Source: Nageia nagi (taxonomy: Eukaryota > Plantae > Pinophyta). From it: a stretch of 64,000 bases of DNA. Position numbers and translations under genes: made by a program. Under the pieces are notes generated by a model. It was not told where the DNA came from. It searched no databases and worked only from the letters and a program-made list of their open reading frames with translations. Positions within the stretch are counted from its first letter, which is position 1. Every line of letters begins with the position of its first letter. The stretch covers positions 37,014,001-37,078,000 of the forward strand of contig JBITNC010000001.1 of assembly GCA_050084985.1 (NCBI GenBank), in the 5' to 3' direction. Of this stretch, positions 13,655 to 26,839 are shown piece after piece.

Positions 13655-14200
13655 AGTGAAATTCCATAAAAAATTCTTCAACTCAATATCTCATAAAAAG
13701 GCATGGAAGTAAACCTAATCTTAGCTTTTAAGCTTCCTAATATGAATATCTAGGGTTTAGAAAAAATTGTAAGGCACAAAGAGCCACCATTTTTTTTAAA
13801 TATTAGGCTTAAAATCTAGTGTTTTGAATAATAATGAAATTATAAAAAATACAAAAAATACTTACATTTAAATAATTTCAAAGAAATAGGGCTTCCTAAT
13901 TTTGTAAACAAATAAGATAAAAAAATACCTAACACAACCTAGGGCCTCCTATGAAAAATTCCTTAGAAAATATGATACCATAAAATAAAAAATTTAGAGT
14001 AGGTTCATGCAACACTTTCCAACCATAATTAAGATATTGATATGCTACTAAAAATGTGGGTGACAATATGTTGAATGTTTTTAGTGACCACCTAGGATAA
14101 TCTAAGTAGAAACTATGATAAACATTCATATGTGATAATATATAATAATATGAAAACAACCAAATAATAGGAAATACAATAATATGAAATACTTGAATAA

Positions 14201-14879
14201 TTAGATGATGCCTAAAAATGATTTATTATTTATTTAATAAATTATATTTTAGACTTCCATAAAGTATTAATAGCAATATTACAAAAGTCAAGATAAAGTT
14301 GATATTACAATAAAAGTATCATGTGTTAAGATCAATGCAATATCATTTATCATGGTTCATATTTTAAAGCACATTGACTACAAAAAAGATTATATTATTA
14401 TTATATGTTGGCTTTTACTCCATTATATGATTTTTTATGTTGTAAATGGAGGAGTTAGAGGTTAACATCACAATTAGATCTCTTTGATAAGTGGTTGTCT
14501 CACACATTATACTTTTAGTGTCTCTAGATACCACCAATTCAAAGATTGTTTATTCTCTAATCTTTTATTACTTTTTATACTTTGTACATGATCTAATTAT
14601 ACATGTTTTAAGACACTAACATTGTATCATTTTCATGATGTAGATGCTATGTTGCTTTATGATTTAGGGCTACAAATTAAGTAACTGAATATCATTCATG
14701 AGCTCATTTATGATCCAATCTAATCCTCCATATATCATTTTCATAACTTAAGGATTGTACATATATTATATCATATTAGATGAACACTTTTCATTTAATA
14801 ATCATTACATTTGAATAAATATCATCTTTCATATATTTATTTGTATTTATCATATTATTTACACAATTTAGGTTCTACA
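14201..14879 (+). repeat. Element B 5' LTR
   Basis: Colinear with 18291-18982; ends TTCTACA; left terminus decayed. Confidence 0.85.
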
Positions 14880-15166
14880 TTTTGGTGAAGTTGAGATTTG
14901 TTACACACCTAAATATTCCTTCTAGGGCATCCTTATTTAGGATTCATGAATCTTTTTTCATTTTTATTTCTTCATTTACTTGAATTTGTTAGAGTAGTAG
15001 CTCACCAAAATGATAAAACTAGGTTTTATTCAACTTATATCCCAAAGATATATTTCATTTTGATGAAATTAGAAGAGGTACTAGGATAAACCCTTGCATA
15101 CTTCTATGAACCTAATCCAAATGATAGGATATCAAACAATGAAGATGATTATGAATTTGTTAATTA

Positions 15167-15418
15167 ATGAACATTATTAGTCAAAAACCTAATAATTTAA
15201 ATATTGACTTTGGTGATGATGATTTTGAAAGTGTAAATATAGAAAATTCTATTGATACATCTGAAAATGAATATGAGAATGATGATCTAGATGCTATTCC
15301 TACAAATATTAAATATATAAAAGAATTAATGGCTAATAATGATATATTAGAATATTATATCACTAATAATATTGAAGCCATTATGGATATTTTGAAAAAA
15401 TGTGAATTATTAGAATAG
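15167..15418 (+). pseudogene. Gag N-terminal-region fragment of element B
   Basis: EYYITNNIEAIMDILK resembles EQYVLDNVEAILKVLK at the start of element C gag (23057). Confidence 0.45.
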
Positions 15419-16169
15419 GATATTAGAACTCCGATTTTGTCAGATTAGTTGTTTCAATATCAAAATGTACTTTCATCAAAATAGAAAGTATCTACCACTA
15501 AAAAGTGCAACACTAATGACATGATGGACTACAACCAAAGTGCAAATGTTGTATAAATAATACCTCCTAAAGCTCTAGAAATGGTGTTAAAGGAGGGTGA
15601 GGATCCACATGATTAGGAAGCTTTGAAACCTTTGTAGAATTTCTTAAATGACCTAAAATAGCTACATTCCCTAAATAAATTCACTAAGATAGAGGTAATA
15701 ACATCTTAACTAAAACTTAGGAACCAAAATATGCAATTGCTGAAATTAGTGCTTTGATTAATAATGCTTATAAAAAGAAACTTAATTGGACTCAAGAAGA
15801 ACATGAAATAAAAATAAATATTCTTATAAATGCACATGAATCTAATACCTTTCAAAAATCTATCAATGACCAAAAACTAGATTTCATGTTTCATATGTTA
15901 TATAATATGGAGGAACAAAGAGTTAATAGAATTAGACCTTTATTGAAAGTAAAAGAGGTTGGATTGAACACAAGGAGTCCAAATACCCCATCCACAACTT
16001 AAAATTTAACCTTCTACTCAAACTACCAATATACCTTCTTATAATGGGGCAATTAGAGGTTTTTAATCCCCTATTTAACTTGATATATTGTGTGAAGATG
16101 AGCATCTCTATGCTCTCAATCATGGTTTATGTTGACTGTTAGCCAACTAGAAAACCTCTTTCACTCCAA

Positions 16170-16330
16170 TAAATCATTAATAGAGGCATGGGTGATACAT
16201 TTCCCATGGATTCAAATATGCTAAATCCTATCAATATCTAAAAGAGTTATTAAAATCTCATCAAGAGGGATATGCAAGGTGTTTGACTTAGGACCCCACT
16301 ATTTTATGAGTCATGGAATGAGGGGGATAC
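16170..16330 (-). pseudogene. Antisense plant mobile domain (PMD) remnant in element B
   Basis: Manual minus-strand translation LIK*WGPKSNTLHIPLDEILITLLDIDRI*HI*IHGK fits the PMD core L.ERW....TFHLP.GE.TITL.DV..IL..PI.G. Confidence 0.7.
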
Positions 16331-18290
16331 AATTTGAATATGACCTGCTATGACCAAATTATAGACACCAACTATCTCTAGCTTATTATTATCATTTGGG
16401 AATGAATTCACCATATGGATATTTTTAGGGCCTCCAACTACATGGGCCTACACTTGATGAGATGCTTACAATCCTACAAAAAAATGGAAATAATATAATG
16501 TTAGTGGAAAAAATAAAAAAATCTTATTCTATTGAACTTGTAAATGGAAGTAAAATTACTATAGCTGTAAATGTTGGAGGCAACCAAATATATAGCAAGA
16601 GTATAAAATAGGATCCCAAAATTAAAGCAAATTACTAATGTAATAGGATAATATTGAATTTTAAATGACATATTCATGGATTTGTCCTTGCTATCTAGCA
16701 AATATACAAGATAAAATCTCAAAAAATTATGAAGGGGAGGGTAAATCAAATGATGCACATGAAATCCCCACCTTGGGAAAATGGAAAATAAAGTGGTTCA
16801 TATGAATAGGGACTTAAAATGGTAAGGGAATTGAAAATAAAAAGAAAAAAATACAAACCCCTTTCCTATTTCAATAATTTGGAAAATATGAAAACCCTAG
16901 GGTTCTAGAAAAAATAAAAGATGTTACAAAATTAGTGAAAAAGGGAGAAGATGATAGAATCTACCAAGTGGTTTATAGATATATTCTATAGGTACTCTAT
17001 GATGTGTTCTTTACTCTTTGAGAGAGGTCATTTTATTGATATTCAATCCACCTCAACCATGTTAGCATTAAGAATTGGATAACCAATGAATCAACCAATC
17101 TCACTAGACCCTACTACGCATATCAAATACACTCATAAATGCCATGTAAGCAATAGGTGTTTCCAATCAAAAATAGGGAAAAAAATTGCTAAAGCTTAGA
17201 TGGACAAGAGGGAGATAAGAAAAGTATAGTTAACTTTGTAGTCTTTCCCCTTTTGATAAAATTAATTTAAAAGCCTAAACCATACTTTCATTTTTAAAAT
17301 CTCAAATTTGGTGCATGGAAGTTGGAATTTTAACATTTCAATGAGCAATGAATTATATTATCTCTCTTGTTCCTTTTTGAGAAACTAATGCAACTATTTT
17401 TATGATGCTGATGCCTTGAAGTGCATCGACATAGTACCTTTATTATTAATTTTCAATTAAAAGATACATGATGATTGTTTCCTTAGGAATTCATTTTATA
17501 AATGCCATTATTTCATAAATATACATTATAATAAATATCATGATCAAAATCATTGATGATAATACATGTAAATTTTACAAAAATCATGATCCTAGCACTA
17601 TGCTACTACTATCTTCAAGGCATCAATGACATAATATTAAATGATTCCCATTGTAAAACCTTTCCTATTAATTGATACTAAACCATAATTTCTATGGCTA
17701 TTTGGTAATTGCATAAAAATAAAATGTAAATTTCTCATTACTATTTGTCAAATCTAATGCATGTTTTACTAACAAAATCTTAAATTTTAGGCCAAGGAAA
17801 TATTGTGAGCATAAATTTTTAAAATAAAGGTTATATGATTACAAAATATATTGCAAGATTAGGGAATTTGGGGCATGTATTTATCTCATCATCTTGATGC
17901 TTTCTTTCAAAATATAATATAAGTTACAACAAGAGTATTCTAATAAACTATATTATATTAATTTCATCCTTGCTCTTAAATTGATTATTTTTTCAATGGA
18001 TGTAATCTATGCAGGTATTATTTCTTTTATTTCCACAAACTATCTTAGAGACTAGGACAAAAAGGTACCATCAATCCTCTCAATAGAAGATGTCATTTTG
18101 GCTTGCTCACCCTATAGAAGCTAAAGAGATGGGAAATACACAAGTAAAAGGAGGCAAATGAGATAACATATTCAACATAGTAATGATGAAAGGTAAGTAC
18201 ACTTTACTCTCAATAAAGTTTTCACTTCTCTAGACTTCTTTGGATTATGCAATTTCAATACTTTTCATTTCATATCCAAACAAGTGAAAA

Positions 18291-18982
18291 TGTAGATGCA
18301 TAAAAATGATTTGTTATTTATTTAATAAATCATAGTTTATACTTACCTAATGTATTAATAGCAATGTTACAAAAGTCAAGATAAAGTTGATATTACAATA
18401 AAAGTACCATATGCTAAGATTGATGCAATATCATTTATAATGGTTTATATTTTAAAGCATCTTCAATACAACAAAGATTATATTATTACAATATGTTAGC
18501 TTTCAATCCTTTCTATATCCTTATATGTTATAAATGGAGGAGTTGGAGGTTAACATCCCTATCAGATCTCTTTGATAGGTGGTTATCCCATACATCATAA
18601 TTTTGATGTCTCTATATTTCACCTATTTGAGGAGCTATTATGCTCTAAACTTTTATTACTTGCTATACTTTGCATAAAATATAATTCTATAGGTTTTAAG
18701 GCACCAAAGTCATAGCATTCAGATGATGTTGGATGCTTTGCAATCTAGCAGTAGAAATTAAGAGGTGAAAAATATTAATCCAAGAAATTGAATATCATTC
18801 ATGGTCTAACCTCTAATATGATCCAATCCTCCACATACCATTGTCATACCATGAGGAATTTACATATCTTATATCATATTAGGTACATATTTTAAATTTA
18901 TTAATCATTGTATTTGAATAAGTTTCATCTTTCATAGATTTATTTATTATTATTATATTATTTACATAATTTAAAGTCTACA
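18291..18982 (+). repeat. Element B 3' LTR
   Basis: TGTAGATGC...AAGTCTACA. Confidence 0.88.
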
Positions 18983-20078
18983 TGAAGTTTTCAAATTATC
19001 AGATGAGGGATAATGCAAAATGAACATAAGGAGATAAGAAATTTGAGTATGATAAATACTTGCAACCTTACCTAGATGTCAAAGAGATATACAGATAAGA
19101 ATTTATAATGAATAGATGATCTTGATATGATAAATCCACATCAAAAACATATAAGAACACCAATGCGACTATGCATGGTAGCATGGATGTTGAGCTCACA
19201 AAAAATATTTCAGATACTAGAGAGAGCATGAATGCTAAGTTGTCAATCAATAAAGTTTAAAACTAAGACATAAATAGAAGTATGATAAATAACAAGCCTA
19301 GTTTAGCATATAATAATAAAATGAAGAATGGCAGTGATTGTATGATAATCAAATCTATATCCTAATAGGCATTATTGAAGAACACCTTGGAAGATAATAA
19401 GCAAAGGCATATCATGAAGAGATTTGATAATGAACCCATGTGAGGTCTTCCCCCTCTTATATGCAAGTGTACTCTTTCATAGAATTCCTTGAGGCTAGCA
19501 TCAATGTTGGGTAACCTATAAGAATATAAAGATACCTCATGAGAAATATTCTATAATAAGCCAATATAACATATAATCATTTAAATAATTTAATAACATG
19601 ATATAATATTAACATAATAAAACACCTAAGTGGGACCACCTTAAGGGGACCAAATTTAGGTGTTAATAGTTTAATTAAGGCCTTGATTTTGGATCCAAAT
19701 GGTTGGTGGATCTCTCTATAATACACATTCTCTTACAACTCTTTACAATAACATTGGTAAGCAATCAAACAATTCTCTTTCTCTTCAATTTTACTTCATT
19801 GCTATTAAGGAGCAATATAACATGATATTTTTGTGAACTTTGAAAAGGTGTATTCTTAAGTGGATTATGAGATCATGGAGAAATAATTAGTGGACATACA
19901 AACGGAAATATTTTTCATGTGAAATCTAGTATCAAGGTTGGTGTTGTGATATTTTTACATAGTATTATGTTTTTTTATTATAGTTATGTTTCCCTTCTTT
20001 AGAGATATAAATACATTGGTTGGGGCCATCAGTTTAATCCTCTTAAACTTCATGTTTCCTATGCTTTTGTAATACAAT

Positions 20079-21724
20079 TATAAACACTTAATTTAGTAGT
20101 ATGCACTACATTTGGAATAACACTCTTTTATCATTAGCATGCTTGATTATTTAGTAAATCTAGTTACATTTAATGATACCTTGTCAATTATTGATTACTA
20201 AGTATTTGCTATCATAGTCATTTGCTTTGGAATCAAAATTAAACTTAGTCATCTTTATTGCATTTTTATCATAATCATTTGCTTTGGAATCACAATTAAA
20301 CTTAGTCATGTTTATTGTGTTTTGATCATAGTCACTTATTTTAAAAATATGATTAAAATTTGTCATATTTAATGTATTTTTTATCATAATCATTTATTGG
20401 GAAATTGCAATTAAACTTAGTCATGTTTATTGCATTTTGATCATAGTTATTTGGGAAAAATAATTAATATTAGTCATATTAATTATGTTTTTGATCATAA
20501 TCATTTTTTAGTTAAAGTGCAATTAAATTTAGTCATATTTATTGTACTTTGGATTATAGTCATTTATTTGAAAATTATAATTAGCATTAGTCATGTTAGT
20601 TATAATTTTGATCTTAGTTGCTTATGTCTAAAATTTAATGATCATTTACTTTGTATTATCAAAATATTATTATATTGATGTTTATTAATGTTAGTTGTAT
20701 TGATATGATTAATTTATTTATTATTTATTTTGCAAGAAAATAGTTGGATAGATTTTACACCTCACCTTGGTATGTCATTAGTGAATCATCTAGCAAGAAA
20801 ATAAGAAAATTTGAGACTCAAGTCATTCATTGATGACTCATCATTTATGCTCCAAATATGCTTAATAGAAAAAAGATAAAAGAATTAAATGGATATGTCT
20901 CCAATTTTTCTCCAATCAGATCTAATTTGAATTCAATCAGAGATCAATCAAGCAACAACCATTTTTAATTTGAAATTCATATGGATTCTAGATTAGTGAT
21001 TTGGCATGTCTAAGAAATCTATTTAAGTATGCTTTCATTTCCATTTTGAGGGTAGAAACTAGTGCTTACATTAAGCTTCAAATTTGTTGATTTTTGAGTC
21101 TTGGAAGTGATGAATTTTGAAGCTACTACATCTTGTAATCTCTCACAAGCATCTATGAAGAGTGATTGGGAAGCATTGGTCTTAGGGTAAGCTAAAAATC
21201 AATCATTTCAAGATTTATTCCTCCTATCATACCAAATAAATACCCATCACATTTCTTGAACTTATATTTATGTTCTATTTATATATTAAGCTTATCTCAT
21301 CTTATCATATGTACTAACTTTCAAATCTTATCCTCAATATTTGTAGGTTACGAAATGCCTAGGGTCCTCACTTTTTGATAGAGAAATACCCTTGCTTTTT
21401 AAAAATTCACCCACATTTCAGAAATTCCTAGGGTCACCATGTTTTGATAGTAAGTACAATTTGGTATCATTTAGGATTCAATTAGCTACATTAGGTACCA
21501 CCATCAAAAAATGGCATCATCAGGTAATCTCTAGTATTTCTCAACATCACCTTGAGCTAGTTACATTATGATCATCTAAGCTATTGATTTAAAAGGATAT
21601 ATTAAAGAAGCATCATTAAGGTTTTTAATCAATTTTATGCTTATAGGATCTTATCTAGCTGGCACATACTAGTTAAATGTTCAAGTTCAAGTGATCCTAA
21701 AAGGGATCACTTTTATTTGAAATA
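20079..21724 (+). repeat. Element C 5' LTR
   Basis: TATAAACACTTA...TTTGAAATA (decayed TGTAGAC...AAACA); colinear with 34876-36524. Confidence 0.93.
20185..20650. repeat. ~57-bp tandem array (7-8 units) in the 5' LTR of element C
   Basis: The core AAACTTAGTCAT and its variants recur at 20241, 20298, 20355, 20413, 20466, 20525 and 20583. Confidence 0.88.
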
Positions 21725-21727
21725 TTT

Positions 21728-21745
21728 TAGCACGCTCGATGGGAC
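21728..21745 (+). promoter_or_regulatory. PBS, tRNA-Arg(UCU) type
   Basis: TAGCACGCTCGATGGGAC versus expected TGGCAC(A/G)CCCGGTGGGAC. Confidence 0.8.
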
Positions 21746-22954
21746 CTCCCTTGGTTCATTTTGGTAAGGACCCTTTTGCTTGTTTTATCAATCTTATCTT
21801 TGCTCTTTATTCCATTTCCAAGTAGTATCTCTCATTTTCATGAATTTAATTTTTGTAAATCTATGTGTTTTGGAAGTGTTATTTTTTTATTGTAATAGTA
21901 AGAAATGTAGTCATGTTTCTATAAAATATAGCCATGTTTTTTAAAATGTAATCACATTTCTACTCACCCTAGCATTCCTTAATAAAAGGGAATACATTTT
22001 ACGTTAATCTACCACCTTTGGAGTGATCACATTTTTGGGTCACCTTGGTGTTTACTAAACAAGATCATGTTTCTTCTACAAGGTTCAACAAAATCAAGTG
22101 TACAAATTCTTAAAAAATTTGATCTTTTTCATCTTCTATATTATCATTTTTATTTTTTGAGTGTATGCTTATCTTAGATTTAATTTTGTGATGGTTAAAT
22201 AGAATTAGGCTTTATAATGCATATGTTGCATATGCTTGTTTATTACATTTAAAACTTTTCACAAAATTGATGTAAAATTTTCTCATATACTAAAAGTGAT
22301 TTTGAGTGATCTGAGAAAGGTTATGGTAAGGGGTTAAAGAGCATACATATTAAATCCTTATAGTTTGGATTATGCTTTCCCCTTACACTATGAAGTGATC
22401 TTGGGTGATCAGAAGATGTTGTAAGGGGGGAAAGAACCAATTCATTTAAATTAAATTTTCTTTCTCACTTATGCACATACAAAAGGGGTTAAAGTAGATA
22501 GATAGTCTCTCCTAGGTTTGCGATGGACCTCACCAATGAATCTGATTAAAATGAGGAATAGCCTTAGCATTTTCATTCTCCTAGGAATAGTCTTTGATCA
22601 TTGTCAACTTACTTATCTAGAATCATCTTAGGAAAATAAACATTTAAATATTGCAAAATAGTATTATAGGGTTGTTGGATGAACTTGCATTTATCATATG
22701 AGAGTGCTTGTATTGATGATTATTTCATTCTCTACTTGTGTTTGTTATTTTATAAAAATCCCAAAAAATATGAGGTCAAACCAATCTTAATCCTTTTTTT
22801 TTTTTTTAATTTTCATACTTTGATGAAATGTGCCCATGTTTATGTAAATGTTGTCACATTTTGGATTTGCATAAAATACTAGTGTGTTTCTGCAAAATGT
22901 GCTTGTGTTTCTAAAATAGGGAGCTAATTTTTTTTTTTTTTTGCTTCTCCATTC

Positions 22955-24800
22955 ATGGTCTAAACCAAAAACTAGGCTCTACATAATCCTAATAATCTAG
23001 AGTATTATGTTCCTGTTGTGACTCAAGCTATGGAGGATCCTACATAAGAGGAGTCCATGGAAGAGTTTGAACAATATGTGTTGGACAATGTTGAAGCTAT
23101 ACTTAAAGTACTTAAAGCTAAACAAGTTAGAAATCAAGTAGGCTATTTAGCTATTACACAACCCCCAACAAGAAATCCATCCCACATTGAATCATTTTTT
23201 GACCCTCTAGATTTGTCTTCTATTCATACCACATTCTTGCAAAATAGGGTCATTATAGATTTCAATTTTGATATAAATAATAGGAGAAAAATATCCATTG
23301 CTCCTTCTACCACTCCTATTATTTCATAATCTATACCTTTATCCTCCATACCATCTACCATAAAAATATCCAAATCCCTCCACATTCTACCATCCTACAA
23401 ACCCATACAAGCCATATTCAAACTAATACCTAACCAATCCATACTTCTCATGCATCCACCTCACATCAAGCCAACCAAATTCTCTCCATTTTTCAAGATA
23501 CCAATATATTGGATCCTTTATTGGCTTTGACCCAAGCTATTCTTAATATATTACAAAATTTGGAGGTTGGTAACCAAGATCCAAACCATAACCAAACATA
23601 TGAGCAATTTTGTAATGAACCCATTCATCCTTTAGTACCATATTCTATCTAGTCAAAAAAATTTGAGCTTCCAAAGTTTGATAAATTTAAAGGTAAACAA
23701 GATCCAAAATATCATTTGAGAATTTTCAAACATGAGTGTTATTTGATTAATCATATTGATCCTTTAATGTTGTGAATATTCCCTATGACCTTAAGTGGAC
23801 AAGCTTTGGATTGGTACAATAGATTGGGGCAACACTCTTCACACTTTTCAACAATTCGTAAATCTATTTCTTAATCACTTTTCCATTAATATTAAAAGAT
23901 AAAATACATTAAGTTATTTGTATAATCTTAAATAATTTTTGGATGAACCAATTGTTGACTATGTGACAAGATGGAGAGCTATTATTCATGATCTTATATT
24001 TCCCATACCTCAAGCTAAATTGACTAACCTCTTCTCGAAAAGTTGTGCAAAACATATTTCAAACACACTTCAAATCCAACATTTACCTTCTTTTAAATAA
24101 GCTATTATAATGGAAAAAATAATTTAAGATGTGAATGTGCAAAATAGTGATGTCAAACTATAAAATAAGAAAGATAATCAAAAGAGTAATGGACCTTTTC
24201 CAACCCCTAAACCAAGTGTTGTTAATCCAACCACCCATTACACAACCACCACCACCCATGAATCCATATCTAATCCAAATCAAAGCCCAAGTTCAAGGTA
24301 ACCAACCAAGGACAATACCACCAAGACCTAAGAGAGACTATACCCCTCTCCCTAATTCACTTTCTATATTTTTTGCAAAAATATGTAAATGTCCAAATTA
24401 TTATACTTCCTAATATTAGACAAGAAGATCCAAATGTTCTAATACATGTTTGGTACAAGGAGAATGATTAATGTGCTTTTCATAGAGAAATAGGGAATCA
24501 AAGTATAAGTTCCACCACCTTAAAAATTTTATCTAATATTTGATTGAAATAAGGGACCTTATTATAGACAATCCAGTTGCACCCCCTAATCAAAATTTAA
24601 ATATTTATAAGGATCCACTTCCAAGGCAAAATAAAGTTGATGCAAATCAAGTAAATTATATTAATAATCCTTCTTTACATAATTTTGTTGGTATGATCCA
24701 TGATGTTACAAGGAACAAAATAATGCCTCTCCAAGGCAAGACACCTCAGGTTCACATCAAGCTCCAAAACATAATGATTCTAGAGAAACCTAAGGTCTAA
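22955..24800 (+). pseudogene. gag: Element C gag
   Basis: FELPKFDKFKGKQDPKYHL, FPMTLSGQALDWY (retrotransposon gag), and knuckle WYKEND*CAFH. Confidence 0.85.
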
Positions 24801-25079
24801 GAGGTCCTCCTCATAGTCAAAATCAAAGGCATCTTGTTATTACAATAAAATCCAATATCACTCAATAATTAAAATCCTTACCCAAAAATATGTCCATTTT
24901 TTATTTACTTCAAACCTCCAAATATCATAGAGATTCACTTATGGAAATTTTAAAATCCATTGAAGTGCAAGCCCAAGATGTACATGCTTTTACCAATTTT
25001 GTGGATCATGTGCAATGATGTGATCCAGGTGCCATAACCTTTCATGAACATGAGATTATTGAGTTAGGACTTCTTGGAC

Positions 25080-25450
25080 CCCACCCTCCTCTTTTCATTA
25101 TTACTTTCATGGAAGGCCAAAATTTTAAAAGAGTTTTGATTGATAATGGTTCAAGTTTAACTATTATTTCTTCTTCAGTGTTGAACCATCTTAACATACC
25201 TCAAAGTAGTATATCCTCTTCCACCTTACTACTAATAGCCTTCAATGATAGTATTTCCCCTCAAGGTGGGACCAAGAACATTGCATACATTATTCCATAT
25301 CATTGAAGAAAATTTACAATATAACCTCTTACTTGGAAGATCATGGATAGATTAAATGAAGTGTGTACCTTCTACATTTATCAATGCATAAAATTTATTC
25401 ATGAATGAAAATTAACATGTGTCAAAGATGATCCTGAACCATTTTAGTAT
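25080..25450 (+). pseudogene. pol: Element C protease
   Basis: KRVLIDNGSSLTII ... YNLLLGRSWID..KCVPST. Confidence 0.85.
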
Positions 25451-25899
25451 TGTAATTTTATTCCTTCTTGTGATGATTTATTGTCTTATACATGTATTAT
25501 GCCTTTTTTTCCATATTTCACTTCTAATATTGTGAATCCTAATGTTTCTACATCTTCTCAAAATATGAATGATAATGTTTTCACTTGTTCTAATATTGTT
25601 GTTCCTAGTGAGGTTACCTCTAGTGGAGAGTCAAATAGTAAAGCAATTATTTCCTATACATCACCTCAAGTTGGAGAATACAAGTTTCCAAGTCAAATTC
25701 TCAACTTACCTACCATTCCTTCTCTTAAAGATATGGGACATCCTTCAAGTTATCTACTATCAAAAGTGCCACATATTAAACCCATCTCTTTTGTTAAAGT
25801 AAAAAATATCATGTCAACCATTCTTGAAACTAGTAAGGAACCTCACCCTTTTTTTGTATTCTTATGTTTCTCCTAAAAATTTATCTAAGTTTGCTTTTT

Positions 25900-26030
25900 A
25901 TTTTCAATACATTGATGATACTTATGGTTTGAAAGGTCAACACCTTGGTAAATTTGAAAATGGGATTGTTGAACCTATTGCTATTGAACAATGTTTATCT
26001 TTTGATAAATTTGGTTTAGGTTATCAAAAG
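25900..26030 (+). pseudogene. G-patch domain between PR and RT
   Basis: YGLKGQHLGKFENGIVEPIAIEQCLSFDKFGLGY. Confidence 0.7.
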
Positions 26031-26839
26031 CAATCTTTAATCATTAGTGCACCTTATGTAATTTCATGTGAAAGAGAAACATCTATTCAAAAGCACCTTT
26101 CTATCACTCAAATTCCTTGAGATGAATTTTAAGAGGAAGTATCCTTAGAAAGTTTATTTTTCAATCCTCTTTCCCATGAAATATTTCCTACCATAAATAT
26201 TAAACCTTTGTCACCCCATTTCAATATGTTTGATAATATTTTTTTTTCTTTGATCAAGGCCTTTATGCTTTTGTGATTTTTTCAATCCTTATTTTAACAT
26301 GAACTTGCCTCTTGAATATGACATTGCTTCATCCCCTCCACTTTTCATGCTTAATCATGATTATGGGGAATTTACTCAAGAGTTTGCACATATTGAAGTG
26401 AAAGACTTTTTCCATGTCAATTTTGTCATGCATGAACCTAATGTTGTATTTGATCATTTTATTTGCACTTTTTCTATGGATTTGTATATAACTTTGACAT
26501 ACTTTTGAGATATTGGATTGCATATACTTCCTCTTTATGTTGATTATATTAATTTTTCTCTTGACAATGCTCTTATTCATATTGATTATTTTCCCATGTG
26601 ATGAGTCTATAGTTAACCATCTTGGTGGCTATGCTCATTTACCTTCATGTTATAAGGATATTTATCCTTCATTTTTAAATATGGATGCTTATTTTGAGAA
26701 ATATTCTTCTACTTTTGATTATTATGAGAATGCTATTTAAACATTGAGGAATATTTTGATAAATAAAATTCATAATATGAGGATGATGAACTTAATTTAT
26801 TACCTTTACCTTCCCAATTGGATGACACTTCTCACATGC

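Larger units (their letters stand above)
14201..18982 (+). mobile_element. Element B: non-autonomous Ogre/Tat-like LTR element (~4.8 kb) with no pol
   Basis: Direct repeats 14201-14879 and 18291-18982. TTTTGGTGA follows the 5' LTR and purine-rich AAACAAGTGAAAA precedes the 3' LTR. Imperfect TSD TGAAT/TGAAG. Confidence 0.85.
3400..19668 (-). mobile_element. Element A: internally deleted Ty3/gypsy (Tat/Athila-like, tRNA-Lys PBS), hosting the chromovirus and element B; left end undefined
   Basis: Split 5' LTR (14069-14200 + 18983-19668, ~818 bp) is homologous to the 824-bp LTR at 45521-46344. PBS-like TATTGTCACCCAC on minus at ~14056-14068. Gag knuckle at ~3780-3915; 3480-3600 resembles 48880-49000 of element G. 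Confidence 0.7.
14069..19668 (-). repeat. 5' LTR of element A, split by element B
   Basis: Minus start TATTAACACCTAAATTTGGTCCCCTTAAGGTGGTCCCACTTAGGT matches 45521 TATTGATACCTAAAAGTGGTCCCCTTAACACGGTCCCACTTAGGT. Minus end ...CATTCAACA is followed by the PBS. Confidence 0.8.

Noticed and set aside
17780-18200. Splice-acceptor-like sites (TTTTAG|G, TGCAG|GT) suggesting captured host exons in element B
   Set aside because: No coherent reading frame or recognisable protein; such motifs are common in AT-rich TE UTRs.
19669-20073. LTR-like fragment with a TATA-like motif
   Set aside because: No termini, PBS/PPT or partner repeat found in the window.
20184-20678. Repetitive ORFs (MTKFNxDSKANDYD) and a CRISPR-like periodicity
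   Set aside because: These are by-products of the 57-bp LTR tandem array. There are no unique spacers or cas genes, and the context is eukaryotic TE.
22500-22620. Possible hammerhead ribozyme (CTGATTAA...) in the 5' UTR of C
   Set aside because: The CUGAUGA/GAAA core and flanking helices could not be assembled.
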